From the human T2T-CHM13v2.0 reference genome, Homo sapiens, in the NCBI GenBank assembly GCA_009914755.4, contig CP068257.2, positions 42,752,001 through 42,816,000 of the forward strand: 64,000 bases of DNA. The letters run 5' to 3'. Shown here one piece after another: positions 13,297 through 27,447 of the stretch. Position 1 is the first letter of the stretch. Each line of letters begins with the position of its first letter. The position numbers and the translations under genes were made by a program. A model generated the notes under the pieces. That model had not been told where the DNA came from and searched no databases. It saw only the letters and a list, made by a program, of their open reading frames with translations.

Positions 13297-13617
13297 CGTT
13301 TCCACTTTTCACATGCTGTGAATAACGTAGCATGAACAGTTATTTACAGGGTTTTGTGTGGGTATGTTTTTATTTCTCTTAGACACCTAGGAATGCACGG
13401 CTGGCTCATATGGGAACTCCATGTTTAAGTTTTTGTGGACGTGCTGGGCTGTTTTCCAAAGAACCGGCCGCATTCCACATTCCTGCCTGCCCAGTCCCAG
13501 GATTCCAATTTCTCTACCTTCTTGTCAACATTTGTTATTGTCCATTAAAAAAACAAAGCTCGCATCCCGGTGGGTGAGAAGTGGCTCTCCTTGTCGCTTT
13601 GACGGGCATTTCTCTAA

Positions 13618-14004
<387 letters not shown>

Positions 14005-14474
14005 CCATCTTTGCCCATTTTTCAATTGAGTTGTCTTTTATATTATTGAGTTGTCTTTTATATTATTGAGTCGTAAGAGTTCTTTACGTAAGGATGCCAG
14101 TCTCTTACCAAAGGTATGATTTGAATTTTTTTTGTCAATCTGTGCACTGACTTGTTATTTTCTTTATGGTGTCATTTGATGCACGAGCTTTTGAAATTTT
14201 GATGATGTTCAACTTATCAATCTCTTTGATCATTGTGCTTTTGGTGTCCTAGCGAAAACCATTGCCGTGATTTATGCCTGTGTTCTACTAAGTGTTTTAT
14301 AGCTTTCGCTTTTTGTTTGCCCTGGTGTGCGGTAAGGGTCAGTCTTCGTTGTGGCTCTCCTGTTGTCCCAGCACTATTTGTTGACAAGACTGTTGTTTCC
14401 CCAGTGAAGCATCTTGGCATCCTTGTTGAAAATCAGTGGACCATTAACATAAGGGCTTATTTCTAGAGTCTCAG

Positions 14475-16150
14475 TTTGACTCCACTGATGTCTGTCCTTG
14501 TGCCAGAACCACACTGTCTTGGTGAGCATAGCCTTGTAGTAAGTTTTGACCGCACTGTCTTGGTTGGCGTAGCCTTGTAGTAAGTTTTGATCGTGCTGTC
14601 TTGGTTGGCATAGCCTTGTAGTAAGTTTTGACCGCACTGTCTTGGTTGGCGTAGCCTTGTAGTGAGTTTTGACTGCACTGTCTTGGCGTAGCCTTGTAGT
14701 AAGTTTTGACTGCACTGTCTTGGTGTAGCCTTGTAGTGAGTTTTGACCACACTGTCTTGGTTGGCGTAGACTTGTAGTAAGTTTTGACCACACTGTCTTG
14801 GTGTAGCCTTGTAGTAAGTTTTGACTGCACTCTCTTGGTTGGCATAGCCTTGTAGTAAGTTTTGACCGCACTGTCTTGGTGAGCGTAGCCTTGTAGTAAG
14901 TTTTGACCACACTGTCTTGGCGTAGACTTGTAGTAAGTTTTGACCGCACTGTCTTGGCGTAGCCTTGTAGTAAGTTTTGATCGTGCTGTCTTGGTTGGCG
15001 TAGCCTTGTAGTAAGTTTTGACCTCACTCTCTTGGTTGGCGTAGCCTTGTAGTAAGTTTTGACCTCACTGTCTTGGTTGGCGTAGCCTTGTAGTAAGTTT
15101 TGATCGCGCTGTCTTGGTGAGCGTAGCCTTGTAGTAAGTTTTGACCACACTGTCTTGGTGAGCGTAGCCTTGTAGTAAGTTTTGACCGCACTGTCTTGGT
15201 GAGCGTAGCCTTGTAGTAAGTTTTGATCGCGCTGTCTTGGTTGGCATAGCCTTGTAGTAAGTTTTGACCGCACTGTCTTGGTTGGCGTAGCCTTGTAGTG
15301 AGTTTTGACTGCACTGTCTTGGCGTAGCCTTGTAGTAAGTTTTGACTGCACTGTCTTGGCGTAGCCTTGTAGTAAGTTTTGACCACACTGTCTTGGTTGG
15401 TGTAGCCTTGTAGTAAGTTTTGACCACACTGTCTTGGTGTAGCCTTGTAGTAAGTTTTGACTGCACTCTCTTGGTTGGCATAGCCTTGTAGTAAGTTTTG
15501 ACCGCACTGTCTTGGTGAGCGTAGCCTTGTAGTAAGTTTTGACCGCACTGTCTTGGCGTAGACTTGTAGTAAGTTTTGACCGCACTGTCTTGGCGTAGCC
15601 TTGTAGTAAGTTTTGATTGTGCTGTCTTGGTTGGCGTAGCCTTGTAGTAAGTTTTGACCGCACTGTCTTGGTTGGCGTAGCCTTGTAGTAAGTTTTGACC
15701 TCACTGTCTTGGTGAGCGTAGCCTTATAGTAAGTTTTGACCACACTGTCTTGGTGAGCGTAGCCTTGTAGTAAGTTTTGACCACACTGTCTTGTTGAGCG
15801 TAGCCTTGTAGTAAGTTTTGACCACACTGTCTTGGTGAGCGTAGCCTTGTAGTAAGTTTTGACCGCACTGTCTTGGTGAGCGTAGCCTTGTAGTAAGTTT
15901 TGACCGCACTGTCTTGGTGAGCGTAGTCTTGTAGTAAGTTTTGACCGCACTGTCTTGGTTGGCGTAGCCTTGTAGTAAGTTTTGACCTCACTGTCTTGGT
16001 GAGCGTAGCCTTATAGTAAGTTTTGACCACACTGTCTTGGTGAGCGTAGCCTTGTAGTAAGTTTTGACCGCACTGTCTTGGTTGGCGTAGCCTTGTAGTA
16101 AGTTTTGACCGTGCTGTCTTGGTGAGCGTAGCCTTGTAGTAAGTTTTGAA
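14475..16150. repeat. About 1.7-kb minisatellite/VNTR of 37/41-bp units ('cactgtcttggttggcgtagccttgtagtaagttttgaccg'), about 42 copies
   Basis: Regular 41-bp periodicity with gtga/ttgg/no-insert unit variants. The minus-strand ORFs over it are repeat artefacts. Confidence 0.95.
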
Positions 16151-16154
16151 ATTC

Positions 16155-17900
16155 GGAAGTGTGAGTCCTAATTTGTTCTTTTCCAGGATTGCTTTGGCCT
16201 CTGGGTCCCTTGGCTTCACAAGAATTTTTGGATCAGCTCATCAATTTCTCCAAAAAGGGCATCTGTGATTTTGATTGTGAACATGGGATGTCTTTTTGCT
16301 TATTTAATTCTTTAATTTCTCTCAATAATGTTTTATAGTTTCCAGTAATAAGTCTTAATGCTTCTTCTGTTAAATTTATTCCTAAATATTTTATTATTGT
16401 CCAAGCTATTATAAATAGAATTGTCCTATTGATTTCATTTCAAATTGTTAATGACTGGTATGTAGACATACATTGTCTTTTGTAGATTGATCTTGAACTC
16501 TGAAACCTTGCTAAACTTCTTTATTACTTTTAATAGTTTTTTAGTGGATTTGTCATATACGAGACCATGTCATCTGCAAAAAGAGAGTTTTACTTGTTCC
16601 TTTCCAAACTGGTTGCCTTTTATTTCTTCTTCTTGCCTAAGTGCCCTGGCTAGAACCTCCAGTACAATGTTGAACAGAAGGGACAATGGGGGACATCCTT
16701 GCTTTGCTCCTGATCTTAAGACGAGTCCACTGATCTTAGGGAACAAGCCTTTCACCATTAAGTGTGATGTTAGCTGTGGGGCTTTTATAAATGTCCTTTA
16801 TCAGGTTGAAGAAGTTCCCTTCTATTCCTAGTTTCTTGAGTGTTTTTATTGTGAAGGAGTGGTAGACTTTGTCAGCTGCTTCTCCTGCACTTATTCAAAT
16901 GTTCAGATGGTCTTTGATCCTTTTACTATTAATATGGTGCATTCCATCAATTGACCTTCGAATGTTAAACCAACTTTATGTTCCTGGGACACGTCCCACT
17001 TGGTCTTGGTGAATAATCTCTTTTACATGGTGCTGGATTCACTTTGCTAGCTGTTTTTTGATGATTTTTGCACCTATATTCATGAAGGTTATTGGTCTGT
17101 GGTTTTCTTTTCTTGTAATATGTTTGCCTAGTTTTGGCACCAGGATAATACTGGCCTCATAAAATGGCTTAGGAAGTAGTTCCTCCTCTTATATTTTGGA
17201 AGAGTTTGTAAAAGAGTGGTTTTAATTCTTCCGTGAACATTTGGTAGAATTCACCAGTGAACTCCTCTGAGTGTGGACTTTTCTTTGTGTGATGTTTTTA
17301 ACTTACTAATTCAATCTCTTTATGTGTTATAGGTCTATTTATATTTTCTATTTCTTCTCCAGTCACCTTTGGTAGTTTGTGTCTTTCTAGGAATTTGTCC
17401 ATTCATCTAGATCATCTAATTTTTTTAGCATACAATTTTCTCTAGGATTTCCTTTGAGTTCTTTTTCTTTTTGTAAGATTAGTAGTAATATCCTCTCTTT
17501 CATTTCTGATTTTAGCAATTTGAGCCTTCTCTCTTTTTTTCCTTGATCAGTCTTAGCTACAAGGTGGTAATTATTTTTGTTGCTCTTTTTCAAGAACTGA
17601 GTTTGGTTTGTTGACATTCATTGTTTTTGATTTCTCGATCTCATTTATATTCTAATCTTCATTCTTTCCTTCCTTCTGCTTGCTTTTGGCTTGTCTCAGG
17701 GAAAGCATCCAGTCTTTCCCACTGGGTATGATGTTAGCTGCAGGGTTTTTGTAAATGTCCTTTCAATCAAAGAGGTTCTCTTTGATTCCTAACTTCTTGA
17801 GTGTTTTTATTGTGAAAGGGTGGTTTGCTCTTCTTTTTCTAGTTTACTACAGTGGGAAGTTACGTTAATAATTTCAGCTCTTCTTTATTAATATAGGAAT
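16155..17900 (-). mobile_element. Ancient L1 (LINE-1) fragment(s), ORF2 region, antisense orientation, with an internal duplicated segment
   Basis: Matches the L1 ORF2 antisense strand ('gttgaacagaag...catccttgctttgctcc...tagctgtggggcttt', 'ctggcctcataaaatggcttaggaag'). The segment at 16745-16830 repeats at 17725-17830. Confidence 0.6.
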
Positions 17901-18039
17901 TTATAGCCATCAGAGTGCGTTTCTATCTTAGAAAATTAGTAACACATTCAAAATAGGTTTGATTACCCAATAATGCATTGCTCATTGTTGAACAATTTTA
18001 AAATTCAAGATAAGTATAAGGAAAGAATGTTATTCATAA

Positions 18040-18804
<765 letters not shown>

Positions 18805-18941
18805 TGAGGTCACCCAAATGAGCAGCATCAGGCCTGCGGGGGACCTGGCAGTGACTGGAGGCCTCGAGGGCCCCCTCCTGCCAAGCTCCTCTTGACTCTG
18901 TGTTGTTTTCTTGGCTCACCCACCCCCATTCCCAACGCCAG

Positions 18942-19125
18942 GTGTGAACTTCAACCCGGAGCACTGCAGCCCCAATGGCACCGACCCCTACAAGCCTAAG
19001 TGCCCCGAGAGCGACGCGACGCAGCAGAGGCCGGCCTTCCCTGAGTGGCTGACGGTCCTCCTACTCTGCCTCTACCTGCTCTTCACCAACATCCTGCTGC
19101 TCAACCTCCTCATCGCCATGTTCAA
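18942..19125 (+). CDS. TRPM2: TRPM2 exon 20 (VNFNPEHCSPNGTDPYKPKCPESDATQQRPAFPEWLTVLLLCLYLLFTNILLLNLLIAMF-N; pore loop and S6)
   Basis: Acceptor 'cgccag' at 18936-18941 and donor 'gtgagc' at 19126. 184 nt, phase 1 into 2. Confidence 0.9.
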
Positions 19126-21771
19126 GTGAGCGCCTGGGTGGGGCTGGCGTGCAGGTGGGTGGGTGGGCGGCGTTCCTGGGCCGCAGTGGCCATGCTGTCT
19201 CCAGGGTCTCGTGGACAGTGTGGATGATGGGCTGGTGCACAGAGGCGCGTCACTCATATCCTGGTGGAGTGTGCACAGCCACTCTCTGTGGTCACTGCTG
19301 CGTCTCTTGAGCTGGCGTGAGTCTGTCTCTTGAGCTGGCGTGGGTCTGTCCTTGTGGCTGCTGGGGACCCGCGGTGCTGTGGATCCACAAGGGCCCTGCT
19401 CACGGTGCTGCTGCGGAGGCAGCCTCCTCCCGCAGGGCAGGGATGTTGGTGTCAGCCTCGTTCCTTCTGCGCAGGCGCAGCATTATTCATGGGCTCACTG
19501 CTCTACCCGGGGAGCGTGCTGGGGCCGCTGCTGCTCAGGGCTGTCCCCTTGTCACCCCAAGGGCTCTGCCTGTGTCTCCCTGTTACTGAGCAAAAGGGCT
19601 CGCTGCCCGATGTGCAGGAGGCCAATACTATGACACCAGGTTTTTGAGAAAAGAAAAGCTTTTATTCTAGGCCAACCCACAAGGAGACAGGGGCGCAGTT
19701 CACGTCTGTCTCCCCGCGCTGGCTTTAATGCAGTGTTTCTATTAGGGAAGGTTCGGGGGTGGGTTCTTGGATGAGTAAGTGGCTGGTGGAAGAAAAGGGG
19801 GTTCTGGAAAGTTATGTCTCCTCATAGGTCTCGTGTGCACATTTGGGCGGAGTTACTGGGACCCTGGGGTGGAAACTCGGGCTGTGCAGACTCCAGCTGG
19901 CCACAGTGGTTCCAGCTGTGACCTCAGCCAGTTCCAAAAGCTCCTGCAAGCGAGTCTCAGCATCCCAGCAGGTGGCTTCTTTTCCCGTCTGCCATCTGTA
20001 AGTGTGAGCATTTCGGTTAGTTGCTGGGTTCTTTAGCTCTTTGGGGCCGGTTCCCCAGCCCTAGACGTGTTCCTGCTGCCCCCACCGTGTGCCTCAGACG
20101 GCGCTGGCTCTGCGGTGCCTTCCCCAGAGCTCCGATCCATCTGTGGACGGCTCTGTGTCTGCCCTCCCGTGCCATTGGGGTCTTCCTCATCTGCACGTCT
20201 TCACGTGCTTTGCTGGTTTTGTGGATTTGCACACACGTGTCCACCTCCTCTGGGCCTGGTGTTTGTGGCATCTGTGGCAGTTTGAATAACAGCCCCAGGG
20301 AGGTCCACACTCGAACCCTGTGGCTATGGGGCCCTATGTGGCAAAAGGGACTGGGAGGGTGGGGTTAAGTGGAGGATCCTGAGGTGGGAAATTATCTGGG
20401 GTTATCTGCATGGGCCCGACATCATCATGAGGGGCCGTGGAAGAGGGAGGCGGAGAAGGAATGTGACGGTGGCAGTGAGCGTCGGCGGGAGGGGAGAGCC
20501 TCAGCCCAGGAATGCAGGCAGCCTCTGGAAGGCAGGAAAGGCAAGGCATGGAGGCTCCCGACCTACGGGAGGAGCACAGCCCTGCCGAACCTTGGTTTTA
20601 GCCCAGTGAGACTCCTGACCTCCAGGACTGAGAGAAGAGTCTGATTGCTTTAAGCTGCCAAGGCCGTGGCGGTTCACTACAGCAGCATCAGGAGACCCAT
20701 GCAGTAGCTGTTTCTTCTCTTTGAAAATGTCTAGGATTTTCTTTAAATCCTAGTGTCTTGAAGTCTTATCATAGAACTTTTGGAATGTTATTTGCTATTG
20801 TTGCTTTTGAAACAAGGAGTACAAAATAGGTGGCTGTCCATCCGGCCCCTGGTGGACGTGGTCCTCTGGGGTCGTATCTCTGATCAGCCGCAGCAGCTGT
20901 GGGCCCCAGGCTTTGGGGGTTCTGTTTTGCTCTTGCAGCTTTTAAACTTAGAACAAATTAAATGCTGAGGACCTCACACCAGAGGCAGCATAAAAAAGAA
21001 CTCCAGGGAACCAGGAGGCCACGCAGAATGAAAACACAGGTGTTTGGGGTCCTAGTGGGCCCCAGGGTTGGCTCTGGGGGTTCTGTGGCCAATTCCTAGC
21101 CCTGACAGTGGAGCTGAGGAGCCCAGCACGGCTGCGGAGCTGTCATGGTCCACAGAAAGCCCAGTCTCCCCACGTTGCCCCCATAATTCAGAAAGCCTCC
21201 CAGGCCCTCAGAGCCCTTCCCAGCATCTGCAGACAGACCCTGTGCTACCCAGGACTCTGAAAATCCTTGTGTTCCTGGTTTTGTTAGGAACCAACCGTTT
21301 CTCTTCTTGTTTCATTGGCTAAGTTGCTGAGGTTGCCACCTTTCAGAACGTGGGTTCTGAACATTGAGAGAACCCGAGCATGGGCCAGGACTGTCATCTC
21401 GAGGCCAAGGGGCTGGTGGCAGGACACTGTCCCTGCAGCAAGTATGGCACCCACACTTCCGGCTCCCACTGCGGAGGGCTCTGTGCCTGTCACCCTGAGA
21501 CACACCAAGGAGGCCCCTGCAGCCCTGCCCCTTCCACATGCACCCCTGGAGGGTCTGGCTCTTGTGCTCGTCAGAATCCACAGATCAGGTCCTAGAGTTC
21601 AGTGCCAGACAGTGTCTGTCTCCTGATAAACACCCACTTCGTGTTATTAGCCAGTGAGGCTTATAATATCGAAAGTCTGTGTGCTTCTCCTTTTTTCTTG
21701 CTTTGGTTCCCAGGAAGCCTGGAATTGTGAGGTCTGTGGGCTGAGTTCTGTGCCTGGAGCTGGCCTCCCGT

Positions 21772-22912
21772 GTGGCGTGGCTCTGCTCTCTGTGGCATCA
21801 CAGTGGGCACGTGGGCATGGCTCTGCTCTCTGTGGCATCACAGTGGGCACGTGGGCATGGCTCTGCTCTCTGGCATCACAGTGGGCACGTGGGCATGGCT
21901 CTGCTCTCTGTGGCATCACAGTGGGCACGTGGGTGTGGCTCTGCTCTCTGTGGCATCACAGTGTGCACGTGGGCGTGGCTCTGCTCTCTGGCATCACAGT
22001 GGGCACGTGGGCGTGGCTCTGCTCTCTGTGGCATCACAGTGTGCACGTGGGCATGGCTCTGCTCTCTGGCATCACAGTGGGCACGTGGGCATGGCTCTGC
22101 TCTCTGTGGCATCACAGTGGGCACGTGGGCATGGCTCTGCTCTCTGTGGCATCACAGTGGGCATGTGGGCATGGCTCTGCTCTCTGGCATCACAGTGGGC
22201 ACGTGGGCGTGGCTCTGCTATCTGTGGCATCACAGTGGGCACGTGGGCGTGGCTCTGCTCTCTGGCATCACAGTGGGCACAAGGGCGTGGCTCTGCTCTC
22301 TGTGGCATCACAGTGTGCATGTGGGCGTGGCTCTGCTCTCTGGCATCACAGTGGGCACAAGGGCGTGGCTCTGCTCTCTGGCATCACAGTGGGCACGTGG
22401 GCGTGGCTCTGCTCTCTGGCATCACAGTGGGCACGTGGGCGTGGCTCTGCTCTCTGTGGCATCACAGTGGGCACGTGGGCGTGGCTCTGCTCTCTGGCAT
22501 CACAGTGTGCACGTGGGCGTGGCTCTGCTCTCTGGCATCACAGTGGGCACGTGGGCGTGGCTCTGCTCTCTGTGGCATCATAGTGGGCACGTGGGCATGG
22601 CTCTGCTCTCTGGCATCACAGTGGGCACGTGGGCGTGGCTCTGCTCTCTGTGGCATCACAGTGGGCACGTGGGCGTGGCTCTGCTCTCTGGCATCACAGT
22701 GGGCACGTGGGCGTGGCTCTGCTCTCTGTGGCATCACAGTGGGCACGTGGGCGTGGCTCTGCTCTCTGTGGCATCACAGTGGGCACGTGGGCGTGGCTCT
22801 GCTCTCTGTGACATCACAGTGGGCATGTGGGTGTGGCTCTGCTCTCTGTGGCATCACAGTGGGCATGTGGGCGTGGCTCTGCTCTCTGTGGCATCACAGT
22901 GGGCACGCAGGC
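21772..22912. repeat. About 1.1-kb minisatellite/VNTR of 38/40-bp units ('ggcatcacagtgggcacgtgggcgtggctctgctctct[gt]'), about 29 copies
   Basis: Strict 38/40-bp periodicity. Ends 66 nt upstream of the exon 21 acceptor. Confidence 0.95.
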
Positions 22913-22977
22913 GGTGAGAGGGGTCTGTTCTGGGTAAACACCCTGACCTCGAGGTGTTGCTTTCTCCTCCCTGACAG

Positions 22978-23159
22978 CTACACCTTCCAGCAGGTGCAGG
23001 AGCACACGGACCAGATTTGGAAGTTCCAGCGCCATGACCTGATCGAGGAGTACCACGGCCGCCCCGCCGCGCCGCCCCCCTTCATCCTCCTCAGCCACCT
23101 GCAGCTCTTCATCAAGAGGGTGGTCCTGAAGACTCCGGCCAAGAGGCACAAGCAGCTCA
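22978..23159 (+). CDS. TRPM2: TRPM2 exon 21 (YTFQQVQEHTDQIWKFQRHDLIEEYHGRPAAPPPFILLSHLQLFIKRVVLKTPAKRHKQL-K; TRP box)
   Basis: Acceptor 'ctgacag' at 22971-22977 and donor 'gtatgc' at 23160. 182 nt. Contains the IWKFQR TRP-box. Confidence 0.9.
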
Positions 23160-23473
23160 GTATGCCAGCCCCAGTGCCTCTCCTGAATGTCCTGGCCACC
23201 CGGGTGCAGAGGGGGTGGAGATGGCATGGCAGCTCTGCCCAGAACCCTGGACGCTCAGCAGGCGTGCAGGTCACTCAGGCTGCTGGCCTTCTGCTGGCCT
23301 TGAGCAAGTGGTGGGGGCTGAGCCCAGAGGCCCCCTTGGGGGCAGGTGTGCGATGGGCTCTTCCTGCCACTCAGGACTGGCCCCCTCCCACGGGGCCCCC
23401 CCGGTGGGTCAGGGCTTCAGGGCCCACCTCCTGAGGATTCCAGGTCCCCTGGTCTGTCCGCCCACCCTGACAG

Positions 23474-23606
23474 AGAACAAGCTGGAGAAGAACGAGGAGG
23501 CGGCCCTGCTATCCTGGGAGATCTACCTGAAGGAGAACTACCTCCAGAACCGACAGTTCCAGCAAAAGCAGCGGCCCGAGCAGAAGATCGAGGACATCAG
23601 CAATAA
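23474..23606 (+). CDS. TRPM2: TRPM2 exon 22 (NKLEKNEEAALLSWEIYLKENYLQNRQFQQKQRPEQKIEDISN-K)
   Basis: Acceptor 'ctgacag' at 23467-23473 and donor 'gtatgg' at 23607. 133 nt, phase 2 into 2. Confidence 0.88.
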
Positions 23607-24554
23607 GTATGGGGGCTCCGGTGGGCCTGGGGGCGGGAAGCCTCTGGGGGACCTCCTGCAGGTCCACAGGCACCATGAGTACATGTCCCACCTGGGGAGG
23701 CCCAGCAATGCCTCACCGGTGAGGGAGCGCTGTATCCCGTGGCCCCTGCAATGCTGCAGGCATCCGGGCCTGTGCCCACAGCTGACCCAGGACCCTCTGC
23801 GGTCCTTAGGAAGGCTGGGCCCCACAGGGCGCAGGGTCAGAGGCTGGGAGGGAAGCCTTGGCGGCTGGGGGAGGGGCAGGTTGGCCCGCAGGATCCGGCT
23901 TGGAGGCCTGGGGGCATGTGCACACGGGGTCCAGGCTGGTTTGGGGGTGGTTTGCTCTGTGAGCTTGTTGGTGCACAGCCTTATTATAGCTTCTGCAGGA
24001 CCTCGGCAGCCCAGCCCTCGGGGTCAGCCATGCTCAGCACCGTCCTCCCTCTCAGCTCCTCCCATCTTGCTTCTTTCCAAGGTGCGAGGTCAGTGTTGGG
24101 GGAACATCTGCTCCCTTCTCTCCACTGCCAGGCCTTCCGCCCTGCTAGGTGTCAGCAGGGCCTAATGGCCCAGCAGCGGGCAGCAGGAAGGGCTGCCCCC
24201 AGTGTCCTGCTCTCAGTGTGCGTCTCACCATGGCATGAGAGGAGGAGGGGGAAATGGACACGGTGCCACCTAGTTATGGCCGTGTGGAGGCTCCTGCAGC
24301 CACAAACAGGAGCATCCTGGAGCTGGCAAGGGATGGCCAAGACCAGGCCAAGTGCCCTCCCCCTTAGAGACATGTATGTACTCCTGCCTTTCCATACCTC
24401 CCTCACCTTGTCTGTAAGATGGAGACACGATAGTCCCTGTCTCTTGGAGTTGTTTCCAGAATACAGTGGGGTCCTGACTGTAAAGAATTGAGCACATATG
24501 CTGGAACTATAACCAGGGATCTGCTAACGTGGCTGGTGCTTTTATCATCACCCT

Positions 24555-25171
24555 TACTTATGAGTAGTGGGGGCGGTGGTGGTGATGGTGATGATGGTGG
24601 CTGCGATGGTGATGGTGGTGGTGGTGGGGTGCTGGTGATGGTGGTGGATAGTGGTGATGGTGGTAGTGGTGATGGTGATGATGGTGATGGTAGTGGTTGT
24701 GCTGATGATGGTGGTGATGGTGGTGGTGAGGGTGATGATGGTTACGGTGGTGGTAGTGGTGGTGATGGTGGTAGTGGTGATGGTGATGATGGTGATGGTA
24801 GTGGTTGTGCTGGTTATGGTGATGGTAGTGGTGAGGATGATGGTGGTGATGGTAGTGGTAGTGATGGTGATGGTGATGGTAGTGGTGAGGGTGATGATGG
24901 TGATGGTGGTGGTAGTGATGGTGATGGTGGTAGTGGTGATGATGGTGATGGTAGTGGTTGTGCTGGTGATGGTGGTGATGGTAGTGGTGAGGATGATGGT
25001 GGTGATGGTGGTGGTTGTGCTGGTGATGGTGGTGATGGTAGTGGTGAGGGTGATGATGGTGATGGTGGTGGTAGTGATGGTGATGGTGGTGATGGTAGTG
25101 GTGAGGGTGATGATGGTGATGGTGGTGGTAGTGATGGTGATGGTGGTAGGGATGATGCTGGTGATAGTGGT
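24555..25171. repeat. GGT/GAT-rich minisatellite ('ggtgatggtggtagtggtgatgatggtgatggtagtggttgtgctggt' units)
   Basis: Tandem units of about 45-60 bp. Same family as the array at 27448-28680. Confidence 0.9.
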
Positions 25172-27447
25172 TGTATTAGTCTGTTTTCATGCTGCTGATA
25201 AAGACATACCTGAGACTGGGAAGAAAAAGAGGTTTAGTGGATTCAGTGCCACATGGCTGGGGAGGCCTCACAATCATGGAAGGCAAGGAGGAACAAGTCA
25301 TGTCTTACATGGATAGTGGCAGGCAAAGAGAGAGAACTTGTGCAGGGGACCTCCTCTTTATAAAACCACTAGATCTCATGAGACTTATTCACTATATGAG
25401 AACAGCATGAGAAAGACCTGCCCCCATGATTCAATTACCTCCTAATGGGTCCTTGCCACAACATGTGGGAATTGTGGGAGATACAAGTCAAGATGAGATT
25501 TGGGTGGGGACACAGCCAAACCATATCATTCTGCTCCTGCCCCCTCCCAAATCTCATGTCCTCACATTTCAAAACTAATCATACCTTCCCAACAGTCCCC
25601 CAAAGCCTTAACTCATTTCAACATTAACCTAAAAGTCCACAGTCCAAAGTCTCATCTGAGACAAGGCAAGTCCCTTCCACCCATGAGCTGTAAAATCAAA
25701 AGCAAGCTAGTTACTTCCTAGATGCAATGGCAGTACAGGTATTGAGTAAATACATCCATTCCAAGTGGGAGAAATTAGTCAAAACAAAGGGGCTACATGG
25801 CCCATGCGAGTCCAAAATCTAGTAGGGCAGTCAGATCTTACAGCTCTACAATGATCTCTTTTGACTCTATGTCTCACATTGAAGTCACACTGATATAAGA
25901 GGTAGGCTCCCATCTTGAGCAGTTCCGCCTTTGTGGCTTTGCAGGGTACAGTCTCCCTCCAAGCTGCTTTCATGGGCTGGCATTGAGTGCCTGCAGCTTT
26001 TCCAGGTGCACAGTGCGAGCTGTCGATGGAGCTACCATTCTGGGGTCTGAAGAACAGTGGCCCTCTTCTCACAGCTCCACTAGGCAGTGCCCCAGTAGGG
26101 ACTCTGTGTGGGGACTCTGACCCCTCGTTTGCCTTCTGCACTGCCTTAGCAGAGGTTCTCCATGAGGGCCCCATCCCTGCAGTAAACTTCTGTGTGCACA
26201 CCCAGGCATTTCCATACATCCTCTGAAATCTAGGTGGAGGTTCCCAAACCTCGATTCTTGACTTCTGTGCACCTGCAGGCTCAATACCACATGGAAGTTG
26301 CCAACGCTTGGGGTTTGCACCCTCTGAAGCAACAGCCCAAGCTGCACCTTGGCCCCTTTTAGTCACAGCTGGAGTGGCTGGGATGCAGGGCACCAAGTCC
26401 CTAAACAGCATGGTGACCCTGGGGCCTGGCCCATGGGTCTTCTCTAGGCCTCTGGGCCTGTGATGGGAGGGGCTGCTGTGAAGACCTCTGACATGCCCTG
26501 GAGACATTTTCCCCATTGTCTTGGGGATTAACATTTGGCTTCTTATTATTTATGCAAATTTCTGCAGCTGGCTTGAATTTCTCCTCAGAAGATGGGATTT
26601 TCTTTTCTGTTCCATTGTCAGGCTGCAAATTTTACAAACTTTTATGTTCTGCTTCCCTTATAAAACTGAATGCCTTTAACAGCACCTAAGTCACCTCTTG
26701 AATACTTTGCTGCTTAGAAATTTCTTCTGCCAGATCCCCTAAATCATCTCTCTCTTTCAAGTTCAAAGTTCCACAAATCTCTAAGGTGGAGGCAAAATGC
26801 CACCAGTCTCTTTGCTAAAACATAACAAGAGTCACCTTTAATCCAGTTCCCAACAAGTTCCTCATCTCCTTCTGAGACCACCTCAGCCTGGACCTTATTG
26901 TTCATGTCACTATCAGCTTTTTTGTCAAAGCCATTCAACAAATCTCTAGGAAGTTCCAAACTTTCCCACATTTTCCTGTCTTCTTCTGAGCCCTCCAAAC
27001 TGTTCCAACTTCTGCCTATTACCTAGTTCCAAAGTTGCTTCCACATTTTCAGGTATCTTTTCAGTAACACCCCACTCTACTGGTACCAATTTACTGTATT
27101 AGTCCATTTTCACACTGCTGATAAAAACATACCTGAGACTGGGAAGAAAAAGAGGTTTAACGGACTCACAGTTCCACATGACTGGGGAGGCCTCACAATC
27201 ATGGCAGAGGGCAAGGAGGAGCAAGTCACATCTTACATGGATGGCGGCAGGCAAAGAGGGAGAACTTGTGAAGGAGAACTCCTCTTTATAAAACCATCAG
27301 ATCTCATGAGACTTATTCCCTACCACGAAAACAGCACAAGAAAGACCTGCCCCCAAGATTCAATTACCTCCCACTGGGCCCCTCCTATGACACGTGGGAA
27401 TTGTGAGAGTTACAATTCAAGGTGAGATTTGGGTGGGGACACAGCCA
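25172..27447 (-). mobile_element. Full-length THE1-family (ERVL-MaLR) element: LTR (25172-25527), internal region (about 1.57 kb), LTR (27095-27447); antisense orientation
   Basis: Both ends carry the reverse complement of the THE1 LTR ('tgtattagtc...ctgctgataaagacatacctgagactgg...gggtggggacacagccaaaccatatca'). Total about 2.3 kb with roughly 350-bp LTRs, as expected for THE1. Confidence 0.7.

Noticed and set aside
14475-16150. CRISPR-like regular repeats
   Set aside because: The arrays lack spacers and occur in a primate Alu-rich genome. These are minisatellites/VNTRs, not CRISPR arrays.
14374-16219. Minus-strand ORFs with the repeated peptide 'KTVRSKLTTRLRQPRQCGQNLLQGYA' (up to 429 aa)
   Set aside because: The peptide period equals the 41-bp VNTR unit (ORFs open in all three frames). 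VNTR artefact.
21654-23434. ORFs of 309 to 554 aa with repeating 'SALCGITVGTWAWLCSLWHHSGHVG'
   Set aside because: Translation of the 38/40-bp VNTR. Only the real exon 21 (22978-23159) at the ORF's end is coding, and in the TRPM2 frame.
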